From a virus: a stretch of DNA of 64,000 nucleotides. Shown here piece after piece: positions 28,171 through 37,395 of this stretch. The position numbers and the translations under genes were made by a program. The first letter of the stretch is position 1; every line of letters begins with the position of its first letter. Under the pieces are notes generated by a model, which ran no database searches, was not told the origin of the DNA, and saw nothing but the letters and a program-made list of their open reading frames with translations. The DNA lies in the IMG/VR virus record IMGVR_UViG_3300048999_000192, positions 91,099 to 155,098 of that record; one strand, 5' to 3'.

Positions 28171-29757
28171 ATGGCGGACACTCCTGCCAGCAACGTTGAC
28201 ACCGAGGGCGCATACGGCCACTCGGGCGCGGTGCCGGTCGGTACGGCGGCGACCAGTGGGAGCAACGCCGACACCGAGGGCACCACGCCGGGAGGCGCGC
28301 CGAACCCGGCGCCCCCGGCGGCGACCAACGTCGACACCTCTGGCACCAACAGCCCGAACGACCCGGCGAACTACCACCCGACCAGCGTGCTGGTGACCGG
28401 CAACCCGGACACGGCCAGCTCGGACGGGAACATCATCCGCCAGGCCAACCCGGTCTACCGGGCCCCGGCGGCGTACGTGGCGGCGGGCACGACCGACACC
28501 ACCCGTACGGACACGCTCGGCGTGGGCCCGGCTCCGGCCGAGACCCAGAGCCTGTACGCGGGCAACCAGGACGTCACCCAGATCGGCGCGGGCACCACGG
28601 CCAAGACGGTGACCGAGAACCTGACCCTGGACCTGACCGGCCACACCCTGACCAAGGCGGGCGTCGTCCCGGCGGCCACCGTGACCGTGGTCAACAAGGG
28701 CCAGATCCTCACGGTCACCGACGAGTCGCACGTGCTCTCGGGCCTGGCCGCCTTCACCGTCACCAACAACGGTGTGACCGACCTCCCGGCCGCCGTGACG
28801 ATCAAGAAGGGTGCGACCCCGCTCGTCCAGGGCGTCGACTACACCATCGTCGGCACCGGCTCGGCGGGCACCGCGAACTACACCATCACGCCGATCGACA
28901 GCGCGACGGTCAACTCCGGTGACACCTTCCTGGTCAGCTATCACTACGGCAACGCGAAGTACTTCGCCAACGCCACGCTGACCGCGACCACGGACTACAC
29001 CAAGACCTACACCGGTGACGGTCCGAGCACCGCGCTGAAGATCACCCGCGTCAACACGGCCGCCAGCACCAACGGCGACACCGTGGCGGTGACCTACAGC
29101 TACGGCGACAACCAGTACTGGGGCTCCAACCCGCCCACCACGGTGCCGGGCGCGCCGACCATCGGGGCGGTCGCGGCCAAGAACCTCGCGGTCACGGTCA
29201 ACTGGACGGCCCCGAGCGGCAACACCGACATCACGTCCTACGTGGTCCAGTGCGTCCCGGGCTACGGCACCAAGTACGCACCGGCCAACGCCACGAAGAT
29301 CGACTTCACCCAGCTCCAGGCGGGGGTGCCGTACCAGTTCCAGGTGGCGGCGATGAACGCCCGGGGCATCGGGGCCTACTCGGCGCTGAGCTCGGCCGCG
29401 ACCCCGCGCAACGACTACGCCAACCCGACCTACAAGGTGGTCGACGAGAGCCACGTGCTGTCGGGTCTGGCCGCCTTCGCGGTGACCAACAAGGGCGTGA
29501 TCGGCGACCACACCGCCGTGACGATCAAGAAGGGGGCCACCCCGCTCGTCGAGACGACGGACTACACCATCGCCTTCACCGGCGTGGGCAGCCAGCGAGT
29601 CGCGACGATCACCCCGATCGACTCGGCCACGGTCAACAGCGGGGACACCTTCCTGGTGTCGTACTCCTACGCCACCACGGACCCGCTGAACACCGTCAAC
29701 CCGATCTACCTGCCGGACGGAAGCGTCAAGGCGGGCACCGGGCTGGGGCCGTCCTGA
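28171..29757 (+). CDS. Thr-rich virion surface protein with duplicated beta domain and a fibronectin type III domain
   Basis: PGAPTI..VNWTAP..ITSYVV..YQFQVAAMNARGIGAYS (FN3); internal repeat. Confidence 0.8.
   Translation: MADTPASNVDTEGAYGHSGAVPVGTAATSGSNADTEGTTPGGAPNPAPPAATNVDTSGTNSPNDPANYHPTSVLVTGNPDTASSDGNIIRQANPVYRAPAAYVAAGTTDTTRTDTLGVGPAPAETQSLYAGNQDVTQIGAGTTAKTVTENLTLDLTGHTLTKAGVVPAATVTVVNKGQILTVTDESHVLSGLAAFTVTNNGVTDLPAAVTIKKGATPLVQGVDYTIVGTGSAGTANYTITPIDSATVNSGDTFLVSYHYGNAKYFANATLTATTDYTKTYTGDGPSTALKITRVNTAASTNGDTVAVTYSYGDNQYWGSNPPTTVPGAPTIGAVAAKNLAVTVNWTAPSGNTDITSYVVQCVPGYGTKYAPANATKIDFTQLQAGVPYQFQVAAMNARGIGAYSALSSAATPRNDYANPTYKVVDESHVLSGLAAFAVTNKGVIGDHTAVTIKKGATPLVETTDYTIAFTGVGSQRVATITPIDSATVNSGDTFLVSYSYATTDPLNTVNPIYLPDGSVKAGTGLGPS
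28720..29670 (+). repeat. Internal duplication, about 76 codons (28720-28947 and 29443-29670)
   Basis: DESHVLSGLAAF..VTIKKGATPLV..DYTI..TITPIDSATVNSGDTFLVSY in both copies. Confidence 0.9.
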
Positions 29758-29758
29758 C

Positions 29759-29965
29759 ATGCCCGTCACCGTTCCCGGCCATGCGTCCGAGGGGGCATCG
29801 GGGCACATCGCCGATCACAACACGATCGACGATGCCCTGACGGCCCTCTCGGCCTCGGTCGACGACCTGGACGACCGCATGCCGCCGGGCAAGATCACTG
29901 TGTCCGACACCGAGCCCTCCTCGCCCGCCGTGGGCGATCTGTGGTTCGACACCTCCGGAGCCTGA
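29759..29965 (+). CDS. Small fibre adaptor-like protein
   Basis: GHIADHNTI N-terminus; PSSPAVGDLWFDTS C-terminus. Confidence 0.7.
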   Translation: MPVTVPGHASEGASGHIADHNTIDDALTALSASVDDLDDRMPPGKITVSDTEPSSPAVGDLWFDTSGA

Positions 29966-29969
29966 CGCG

Positions 29970-31916
29970 ATGTCCAACCTGTTCGAGACGACCTTCGAGT
30001 CCGGCAGTGACGGAGCGACGATCGTCCCGGGCAGCGAGGGCTTCGACTCCAGCACCGGCACCTGCTCCTACACGGCGCAGACGGCCGCGCACGGGCAGTA
30101 CTCGGCCAAGATCGAGCCGACGGGGAACGTCGGTCACCTGCAGTGGAACGCCGGGAGCTACCTGAGCGGCGATGTGTGGGGCCGGGCCTACCTGCGGGTG
30201 GCCTCGGCCCCGGCCGACTGGTTCCACGCGATCAGCTTCTTCGACGGCGGCAGCCAGAAGGCCTCCATCGTCTTGACGGCCGATAACCGGGTGGCGCTGC
30301 GCAACTCCTCGGTGAACGTCGACCGCGTCACGACCGGCGGCGGCGCGTGGGCCCCGACCACCTGGATCCGCATCGAGTGGAAGATCAACGCTCCCACCGA
30401 CGCCTTCGAGGCCTGGATCTACGCGACCGACCCGGACGGCACTACCGAGGACGCTCACATCGTCGTGCCGGGGGGCACCGGCATCCCCCAGTGGCAGTTC
30501 ATCCGGTTCGGCATCAACGCCGCCACCGGCCACCCGGTGAACGTGCTGTACGACAACCTGGCGATCAGCCAGACGGGCAAGATCGGCCCGAGCGATCCGG
30601 ACCCGGACCCCACGCCGCCCGCGCTGGTGAGCGCCTGGGTCGGCGGGGTGGACTCCAGCACGGCCCAGATCGCCTTTCAGCTCGCCAACACCACAAACGC
30701 CCAGGTGGCCTATGCGGTCGACCCCGGCACCGGTGACCCGCTGACGGGCACACCTTCGACCACCCCGACACTGGCGGTGACCAGCGAGGGATACGGGCAG
30801 CTCGCCCTGTCGGGTCTGACCGCCGACACCGACTACGTCTACGGCCTGATCGCCGATGGCGGGCTGCTGGCCGACCGGGGGCACTTCTCGACGATGCCGC
30901 GCGGGCAGGCCGACTTCATGGTGGCCTTCTCCAGCGCGCAGGCCGACGCCAGTGACCACGCGGTCTTCGACACGATCCGGGGCGAGAGTCCCAAGGTCTT
31001 CTTCCACCTCGGGGACCTGTACGCCACGACGCTGGCGACCAACGACGCCGTGGCCGCCCGCGCCAAGTACGCGGCGCAGCTCGCCGCCGGGACCGGGCGC
31101 TTCCGCCACCTGACCAAGGACGTCCCCGTCGACTACGTCTGGGGCACGGCCGACTGGGGCGGCGCGCACTCCGACGGCACCTACACGGCCGCCTCAGCCC
31201 TCCTGAGCGCCTACCAGACCGTGGTCCCCTCCTACCCCCTCATCGACGCCAACAGCGCGCTCTACCACGCTGTGACGATCGGGCGGGTCCAGTTCCTCGT
31301 GCTCGACGTCCGCTCGCGCCGGAGCACCGGGACGATCCTGGGCGCGGACCAGAAGGCCTGGCTCAAGACCCAGCTCAGCTCGACCAGCCAGCCGGTCAAG
31401 GTCATCGTCTGCCCGATCCCCTGGCGGGCCGGTACCGAGTGGGACGACGCCCCCGCCGAGCTCACCGAGCTGAACGCCTACATCACCGACAATGCCATCA
31501 CCAACGTGGCCATGCTCGGGGCGGCCTATGCGGTCGCCGCCGACTCCGGCGCGAACTCCTCGGTCAACCGGGCCAACCTGCTCGCGGGCGCGCTGGACGG
31601 TACCGGCGTGGCGGCGGCGGGGACCTGGAGTGTGGGCAACCACGCCAACGCGGCCGGAGCCGGGCAGTACGCTCTGCTCTCGGTGACCGATACCGGCACG
31701 CACATCACTTTGACGTACTCCGGGCGGAATCAAGCTGATAGCGTCCAGGTCGGTCCGTACAACGTCGTCTTCACGATCGAGGCGAGCGACGTCCCGCAGA
31801 CCAAGAAGTGGAACGGGACCGACTGGGTTCTCTTCCAGCCACGCGCCTACCTGGACAGCACATGGGAACCCGTGCCGGTGAAGTACTACGACGGGAGCGC
31901 GTGGCAGTCCCTTTGA
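29970..31916 (+). CDS. Virion protein: lectin-like N-domain, FN3-like linker, degenerate PhoD-type metallophosphatase domain
   Basis: FFHLGDLY, LDVRS, LGADQKAWL motifs; C-terminal KWNGTDW/YYDGSAW. Confidence 0.7.
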   Translation: MSNLFETTFESGSDGATIVPGSEGFDSSTGTCSYTAQTAAHGQYSAKIEPTGNVGHLQWNAGSYLSGDVWGRAYLRVASAPADWFHAISFFDGGSQKASIVLTADNRVALRNSSVNVDRVTTGGGAWAPTTWIRIEWKINAPTDAFEAWIYATDPDGTTEDAHIVVPGGTGIPQWQFIRFGINAATGHPVNVLYDNLAISQTGKIGPSDPDPDPTPPALVSAWVGGVDSSTAQIAFQLANTTNAQVAYAVDPGTGDPLTGTPSTTPTLAVTSEGYGQLALSGLTADTDYVYGLIADGGLLADRGHFSTMPRGQADFMVAFSSAQADASDHAVFDTIRGESPKVFFHLGDLYATTLATNDAVAARAKYAAQLAAGTGRFRHLTKDVPVDYVWGTADWGGAHSDGTYTAASALLSAYQTVVPSYPLIDANSALYHAVTIGRVQFLVLDVRSRRSTGTILGADQKAWLKTQLSSTSQPVKVIVCPIPWRAGTEWDDAPAELTELNAYITDNAITNVAMLGAAYAVAADSGANSSVNRANLLAGALDGTGVAAAGTWSVGNHANAAGAGQYALLSVTDTGTHITLTYSGRNQADSVQVGPYNVVFTIEASDVPQTKKWNGTDWVLFQPRAYLDSTWEPVPVKYYDGSAWQSL

Positions 31917-31928
31917 TGAAGGAGCTGC

Positions 31929-32156
31929 ATGAGCATCACCGACATCCCCAGCGATGAGGACATCACCGAGATGGTCCAGGGTCTGCCCTCCTGGAATCCC
32001 CCGAAATTCGAGCTGCCGTTCAACGAACCCGACCCGGCCGAGGCCCCGGTCCAGTGGCACGAGCCGGTCCGCTCAGAGGTCACCGTCCCCGTGCAGAGCG
32101 TCACCCTCCCCGCGATCCCCGACGGCTGGGGTGCCACCTTCGAGCTCCCGGCGTAG
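31929..32156 (+). CDS. Small acidic Pro-rich protein
   Basis: AAGGAG RBS, 75 aa. Confidence 0.65.
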   Translation: MSITDIPSDEDITEMVQGLPSWNPPKFELPFNEPDPAEAPVQWHEPVRSEVTVPVQSVTLPAIPDGWGATFELPA

Positions 32157-32229
32157 GCTGAGCCCGCGCGTTCTCGCTGCAGTGCCCGATGACACGACCG
32201 CCGTTCCCTCGCCGGGGCGGCGGTCGTGT

Positions 32230-32265
32230 GCTGTCCGGCCCCTGGCCCGCACTCTGAAGAGGTGA
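32230..32265 (+). promoter_or_regulatory. Putative late promoter
   Basis: GCTGTC-N20-GAAGAGGTGA. Confidence 0.7.
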
Positions 32266-32298
32266 AAGGGATCCACCTCTGCCCGACTGGAGTGACCT

Positions 32299-32952
32299 GT
32301 GTCGACCTCCTCACCGAAACTGCTGCTGAAGCGGCCGGACGGCACTGACCCGTTCCTGCGGCAGGACTTCGTAGACAACTGGAACAAGATCGACGCCGCG
32401 CCGGGCATCTACGTCTGCGACTCCACCACGCGCCCGAGCTGGGCCAGCGCGCAGGCGGGCCGGATGATCTTCCTGACCGACTGGAAGCAGCTCCAGTACT
32501 GGGACGGCTCGTCCTGGAACAACGAGCGCACGGCGGTCCCGTTCTTCGCCGGTGGCGCGATCTTCGACGCCACGGTGGGCAAGAACGCCACCCCGGTCTA
32601 CAACATCGTCAACATCACCACGCCGCGCCCGGCCACCTTGGCGATCATGATGTCGGCCACGGTCTCGTGCGACTCCCGGTTCACCCAGGACGTCTACTTC
32701 CGGGCCAACGTGGACGGCGGGGACCTGCTGCTGGGCGGCTACTCCGACGCCATCCGCTTCACCGGCAAGAGCGACGACAGCTCGGCCGACATGAAGATGA
32801 CCGTCACCGCGCTGGCCCAGGCCACCGTCACCGCCGGATCGCACTCGCTCAAGGGCAAGTTCACCATCGGCACCTACAACACCTCGGTGATCATCCGGGG
32901 TATCAAGACCCTGGCCTTCCTCGGGACGTACAACAGCTCCCAGGTGCTCTGA
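32299..32952 (+). CDS. Short fibre protein
   Basis: NWNKIDAA, GRMIFLTD..YWDGSSW motifs. Confidence 0.7.
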   Translation: MSTSSPKLLLKRPDGTDPFLRQDFVDNWNKIDAAPGIYVCDSTTRPSWASAQAGRMIFLTDWKQLQYWDGSSWNNERTAVPFFAGGAIFDATVGKNATPVYNIVNITTPRPATLAIMMSATVSCDSRFTQDVYFRANVDGGDLLLGGYSDAIRFTGKSDDSSADMKMTVTALAQATVTAGSHSLKGKFTIGTYNTSVIIRGIKTLAFLGTYNSSQVL

Positions 32953-32962
32953 GAGGTCCTCC

Positions 32963-33856
32963 ATGCCGATCGACGACGACCTGATCGACTGGCGGCAGCG
33001 CCGGTACGTCAGTCAGTACGACACCCCGACCATCGGCCTGATCACTCACGCCGCCGGGGTGCCGACCGATGCCGACGGCGCGGTCACGGCCGAGCTCGTC
33101 CAGCAGCACGCCGACGGCACGACGACCAACATCCGCAGCTACGCGGCCAACCGGACCGACGTCGGCACGTACGAGGTCGTGCTGCTCTCGGCGGACACAG
33201 CCACCGCCGGGGACTACGCCCTGGAGTGGAGCTGGACCCAGTCCGCCATGGCCAACGCCTACGTCGTCTACATGGTCTTCGGCCAGGCCAACCCGGATTA
33301 TGACTTCCTGCCCGAGGACATCCGGGGCGTGGTCGACGAGGTCTACCTGCGGTTCGCCGACTGCTTCGATTCGCCCATGGGCGGCCCCAACTTGCAGACC
33401 TACTACCAGAGCCACTACTCACGCGGCCGGATCGCCCAGCTCACCAAGATCGGTCTGGGGCGGCTGAACACGATCGCCCAGCCGCACCAGACCTACACGG
33501 TCGATGGGGTCGGCGGGACGAAGTTCCCGGTGGCGCAGTGGGGCGCCCTGCTCTCGATGGCCGGGTACGTCGAGTGCCTGAAGCACCTGTGCCGCTCCTA
33601 CGTCGAGCAGCCGATGGTCCAGGGCGGCAACATCACCAGGCTGGACCGGCGGGACTACCTGCAGCGCTGGCAGTCCATCCTCCAGATGGAGGAGGACACG
33701 CTCAAGAGCGAGCTCGACACCTTCAAGCTGGCGAACATGGGCTTCGGCTCCCCGCGCGTGCTCGTGTCCGGCGGCGTGTACGGACGGTACGGGCCGACCC
33801 GTCTGGCCGGTTCTGTCGCTGCCCGCCCGAGGTACTACTACCGCTTCTACGGCTAA
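32963..33856 (+). CDS. Head-tail adaptor (neck) protein
   Basis: Position; LDRRDYLQRW motif; resembles Bxz1-type neck (recall). Confidence 0.6.
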   Translation: MPIDDDLIDWRQRRYVSQYDTPTIGLITHAAGVPTDADGAVTAELVQQHADGTTTNIRSYAANRTDVGTYEVVLLSADTATAGDYALEWSWTQSAMANAYVVYMVFGQANPDYDFLPEDIRGVVDEVYLRFADCFDSPMGGPNLQTYYQSHYSRGRIAQLTKIGLGRLNTIAQPHQTYTVDGVGGTKFPVAQWGALLSMAGYVECLKHLCRSYVEQPMVQGGNITRLDRRDYLQRWQSILQMEEDTLKSELDTFKLANMGFGSPRVLVSGGVYGRYGPTRLAGSVAARPRYYYRFYG

Positions 33857-34086
33857 TCGTCGCTCTCTGCTGCTTTGCGATCCATTTCGCGCTTCTCGGT
33901 GCGTGCTGCCATATACGACGCGAAATGGCCCTGGATATTCGCCCATACCGACATCAGGGCGATCCAGAGCACGCTGTCCTTCCAGAACAGCAAAGTGGGG
34001 ATAATCGCGATCGTCCAGACGATAACGAAGATTAGATGGAATCTGCGCAAAAAGGCAGAAACGCGGTCTTTACCGTCCTCGCTCAT
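33853..34086 (-). CDS. 77-aa two-TM membrane protein, antisense and lower GC
   Basis: MSEDGKDRVSAFLRRFHLIFVIVWTIAIIPTLLFWKDSVLWIALMSVWANI... Confidence 0.7.
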   Translation of the reverse strand: MSEDGKDRVSAFLRRFHLIFVIVWTIAIIPTLLFWKDSVLWIALMSVWANIQGHFASYMAARTEKREMDRKAAESDD

Positions 34087-34128
34087 GCTTTGTCTATACC
34101 CAGGGATTCTTGCCAATCCCCGCCGCGC

Positions 34129-34165
34129 GCTGCCCAGATGCCAGGCTCCCCGCCGGAAGAGGTGA
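34129..34165 (+). promoter_or_regulatory. Putative late promoter
   Basis: GCTGCC-N21-GAAGAGGTGA. Confidence 0.6.
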
Positions 34166-34177
34166 GGAGGTGCCGGG

Positions 34178-35137
34178 ATGACGCATAGGCCGACGGTGTA
34201 CTGGTCACGCGACCGCGAGAACTGGGCGGTGACCCAGGAGCGCGACCGCCACAACCAGGTCCTGTGGGAGTACGGCGAGCTCGCCATCTTCGTCTTGCTC
34301 TGGCACCTGGAGGACTTCAACGCCGGGCTCGTCGAGCGCTGCTCGACCTGCTACCTGGCCGTCAACCCGATCGCTGAGGCGTACGGCCAGGGCGACCAGT
34401 ACCGGTGCCCCGACTGCTACGGCACCACCTTCGAGGGCGGCTACAAGGCGATCATCGTCCGGCCGACCCTGTTCTCCGACACGGACAAGGACCAGAAGGC
34501 CCACTCGCGCGGCCAGGTCAACTCCGACGAGGTGGACATCGAATCCACCGCCGACTTCAGGATCCGTACCGGCGACTACTGCGTCCGGGCCACCGGCGAC
34601 CGCTTCTACCTGCGCGTGCCCGCGCGGGTGACCTTGCGAACCGGCTTCGGGGTGCCCTGGCAGACCAACTCGGCCATCACCTACAGCCACGCCCGCGCGG
34701 TGATCGAGGATCCGGCCGACGCCAGCTACATCATCCCGCCGGACAACGACCGCGCGCACGACATCCTCGTGGCCGTCTCACGGCTCCCGCTGAGCTACCA
34801 CCAGTACGAGGACATCCGCGCCCCCCTCATCCCCGAGGACCCGGCCGACACCGGAGGAGACGACGCCGCCATGCAGGAGATCATCCAGGTGCAGGGCCCC
34901 CAGGGCCCCGCAGGCCCGGCCGGGCCGACCGGCCCGAGTGGCGGCCAGTTCGTCTTCCACCAGTCCGTCGCCGCCTCGGTCTGGACCATCAGCCACGGTA
35001 TGGGCTACTTCCCGGCGGGGGTCATGGTCATCGACTCCGGCGGCACCGAGGTCGAGGGGCTCGTCTCGTACCCCGACGCCAACACCACCGTCATCACGTT
35101 CAGCGCGCCCTTCGCGGGCACCGCCTACCTGAGCTAA
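34178..35137 (+). CDS. Neck/head-closure protein with Zn finger, short collagen linker and C-terminal beta domain
   Basis: CSTC..CPDCYGT; GPQGPAGPAGPTGPSG; VWTISHGMG. Confidence 0.65.
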   Translation: MTHRPTVYWSRDRENWAVTQERDRHNQVLWEYGELAIFVLLWHLEDFNAGLVERCSTCYLAVNPIAEAYGQGDQYRCPDCYGTTFEGGYKAIIVRPTLFSDTDKDQKAHSRGQVNSDEVDIESTADFRIRTGDYCVRATGDRFYLRVPARVTLRTGFGVPWQTNSAITYSHARAVIEDPADASYIIPPDNDRAHDILVAVSRLPLSYHQYEDIRAPLIPEDPADTGGDDAAMQEIIQVQGPQGPAGPAGPTGPSGGQFVFHQSVAASVWTISHGMGYFPAGVMVIDSGGTEVEGLVSYPDANTTVITFSAPFAGTAYLS

Positions 35138-35147
35138 GGAGCCCCGC

Positions 35148-36188
35148 GTGGCCGCCAAGAAAGTCCTGGTTCCATACGACTTCAACCAGAACGAGGTCCA
35201 GAACGCCGTCATCCAGCAGCTCGGGACCGACCCCGGCTCGCCGGTCAACGGCCAGATCTGGGTCAACACCACCGGCAATGTCCTGAAGGTCCGCATCAAC
35301 GGCGCGACCATCAGCCTGGGCCGTCTGGACCAGATCAGCGTGCCGTCGGCCTCGGTCGACATGAACAGCCAGCGGATCACCGGCCTGGCCGACCCGAGCG
35401 GCAATCAGGACGCGGCCACGATGGCCTACGTCACGGCCGCCATTGCGGCCGTCGCCGGGGGTACGGAGTGGAAGCCAGAGGCCAAGCTCGCGACCGCTGC
35501 GGCCCTGGCGGCCAACACCTACAACTCGGGTGCCAAGACCCTCACCGGGAACGCCAACGGGGCTCTCACGGTCGACGGGGTGGGCGTCACGGCCGCCGAC
35601 CGCATCCTGGTCAAGGACGAGGTCACCGGATCGCACAACGGCCTCTACACCGTCACGAACGCGGGCTCCGGCGGCGCGCCCTACGTCCTGACCCGGACGA
35701 CCGATGCCGACTCCAGCGCCGAGCTCAACAACGGCCTGATCATCCCGATCACCTCGGGCACGGCGAACGCCAACACCCTGTGGGTCCTGACGACCACCAG
35801 CATCACGCTGGACACCACGGCGCTGAGCTTCTCCCACATTCCGCTGGCGGGCTATACCGCCGGTACGGCGCTGACCCTGACCGGCAACCAGTTCAACGTC
35901 ACCACGGTGCCGATCGCCAACGGCGGCACCAACGCCACCTCGGCGGCCAGCGCGCGGGCGAACCTGGGCACTGTCGGCAAGTACAACACCACCGGCCCAG
36001 GTTCCAGCGGCACCGCCTGGACCGTGACCCACAACCTCGGCACCACCGAGGTGGTCTACATGCTGAGGGCGGCGAGCGGGGACGCGGAGGTCGTGGCCGA
36101 CGTCGTGGTGACCGACGCCAACACCCTGACGGTCAACTTCGGCGCGAGCGTCACGTTCAGCGCCTACAAGATCGTCGTGATCGGCTGA
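35148..36188 (+). CDS. Collar/whisker fibre protein
   Basis: RITGLADP..DAATMAYV, DRILVKDE..NGLY, WTVTHNLGT motifs. Confidence 0.7.
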   Translation: MAAKKVLVPYDFNQNEVQNAVIQQLGTDPGSPVNGQIWVNTTGNVLKVRINGATISLGRLDQISVPSASVDMNSQRITGLADPSGNQDAATMAYVTAAIAAVAGGTEWKPEAKLATAAALAANTYNSGAKTLTGNANGALTVDGVGVTAADRILVKDEVTGSHNGLYTVTNAGSGGAPYVLTRTTDADSSAELNNGLIIPITSGTANANTLWVLTTTSITLDTTALSFSHIPLAGYTAGTALTLTGNQFNVTTVPIANGGTNATSAASARANLGTVGKYNTTGPGSSGTAWTVTHNLGTTEVVYMLRAASGDAEVVADVVVTDANTLTVNFGASVTFSAYKIVVIG

Positions 36189-36189
36189 C

Positions 36190-36690
36190 ATGGGCTCTCG
36201 ATTCGATACGCCGCTGAACCTGCTGCAGGTGGCCTCGCCGTCCAACCCGGCGGCGGGGTACTCCAAGCTGTTCTTCAAGACCGGTGACCAGCTCTTCTGG
36301 CGTAACTCCTCCGGCACGGAGAAGCAGATCACGCCACAGATCGCGTTCGCCTTTTCTTACACCGGCACGCTGGCAGTGACGACGGGCGTGCACCGCCTCT
36401 ACAACGACTCCGGCGGCACCCTGACGATTCAGGGCGTACGGATCTCGGTGGGCACTGCGCCCACAGGCTCAACGATCCTGTGCGATTTCAACATTGACGG
36501 CACGACGATCTTCAGCACTCAGGGCAACCGTCCGTCCGTTGCGATCTCGGCCAGTCCGCCGACTTCGGGCAAGGTCACCAACTTCAACACCACCACGATT
36601 TCAAACGGCAGCTACTTCACCGTGGACATCGACCAGGTGGGCTCAACCGTGCCAGGAGCTAACCTCACTGCTCAGATTCTGTGCGGGTGA
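36190..36690 (+). CDS. Fibre-associated protein
   Basis: VGTAPTGS..TVDIDQVGST..GANLT motif. Confidence 0.7.
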   Translation: MGSRFDTPLNLLQVASPSNPAAGYSKLFFKTGDQLFWRNSSGTEKQITPQIAFAFSYTGTLAVTTGVHRLYNDSGGTLTIQGVRISVGTAPTGSTILCDFNIDGTTIFSTQGNRPSVAISASPPTSGKVTNFNTTTISNGSYFTVDIDQVGSTVPGANLTAQILCG

Positions 36691-36693
36691 GCC

Positions 36694-37395
36694 ATGAGGA
36701 TCTCCTATGTCGGCGGAGATGCGGGGTGGGGCAACAACACCGTCACCTTCGACGTCTCTACGGACTTCGTTGTCTGGCCGACCGTGCAGCCAGGCGATTT
36801 CGCGCTGCTCGCGTGGAACTACCAGAACACGGCGACACCGACCACCCCGACGGGGTTCTCGCAGATCGACTACCAGATTCAGGGCAGCGAGGGGGCTTCG
36901 GTCTACGGGAAGGTCTGCACGGGTAGTGAGAGCGGAAATATCGTCCTTGTGAACTCGACGAGCATTCAGAACAAACAGGGTGCAGTGCTCGCCGTCTATC
37001 GGGGCACCCATAAGACATCGCCGGTACTGGCGGCAGATTTCACCGAGGCGGGTGGGTCTGTAACGGCGAATACCCATGCCGCCCCGTCGGAGACGCTCAA
37101 CGTATCGGACTGTGCTGTAGCGACGTTCTTTGCTGAGAGGGCTTCTCCATCATCCACGGTAGTGACTCCGCCGTCGGGATACACGACACGTCAATCTAAT
37201 GCTGGGCAACTGGTCGGTAGCGGCAGTTCCTCTATCGCCCTGGCGGACGATGGTCTGGCCACCAATCGAGCGAGCGGAGCCTCCGTCTCACCAGGCAACT
37301 GGGTGGGCAACCAGAGCGTGTTCAGTGGAGTCTGGATGGCCTGGACGATTTTGCTCCGCCCGGCCGAATACGAGGGATGGGGAGTGGACCTGTGA
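36694..37395 (+). CDS. Fibre tip/receptor-binding-like protein, atypical codon usage
   Basis: Beta-rich; many A/T-ending codons. Confidence 0.65.
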   Translation: MRISYVGGDAGWGNNTVTFDVSTDFVVWPTVQPGDFALLAWNYQNTATPTTPTGFSQIDYQIQGSEGASVYGKVCTGSESGNIVLVNSTSIQNKQGAVLAVYRGTHKTSPVLAADFTEAGGSVTANTHAAPSETLNVSDCAVATFFAERASPSSTVVTPPSGYTTRQSNAGQLVGSGSSSIALADDGLATNRASGASVSPGNWVGNQSVFSGVWMAWTILLRPAEYEGWGVDL

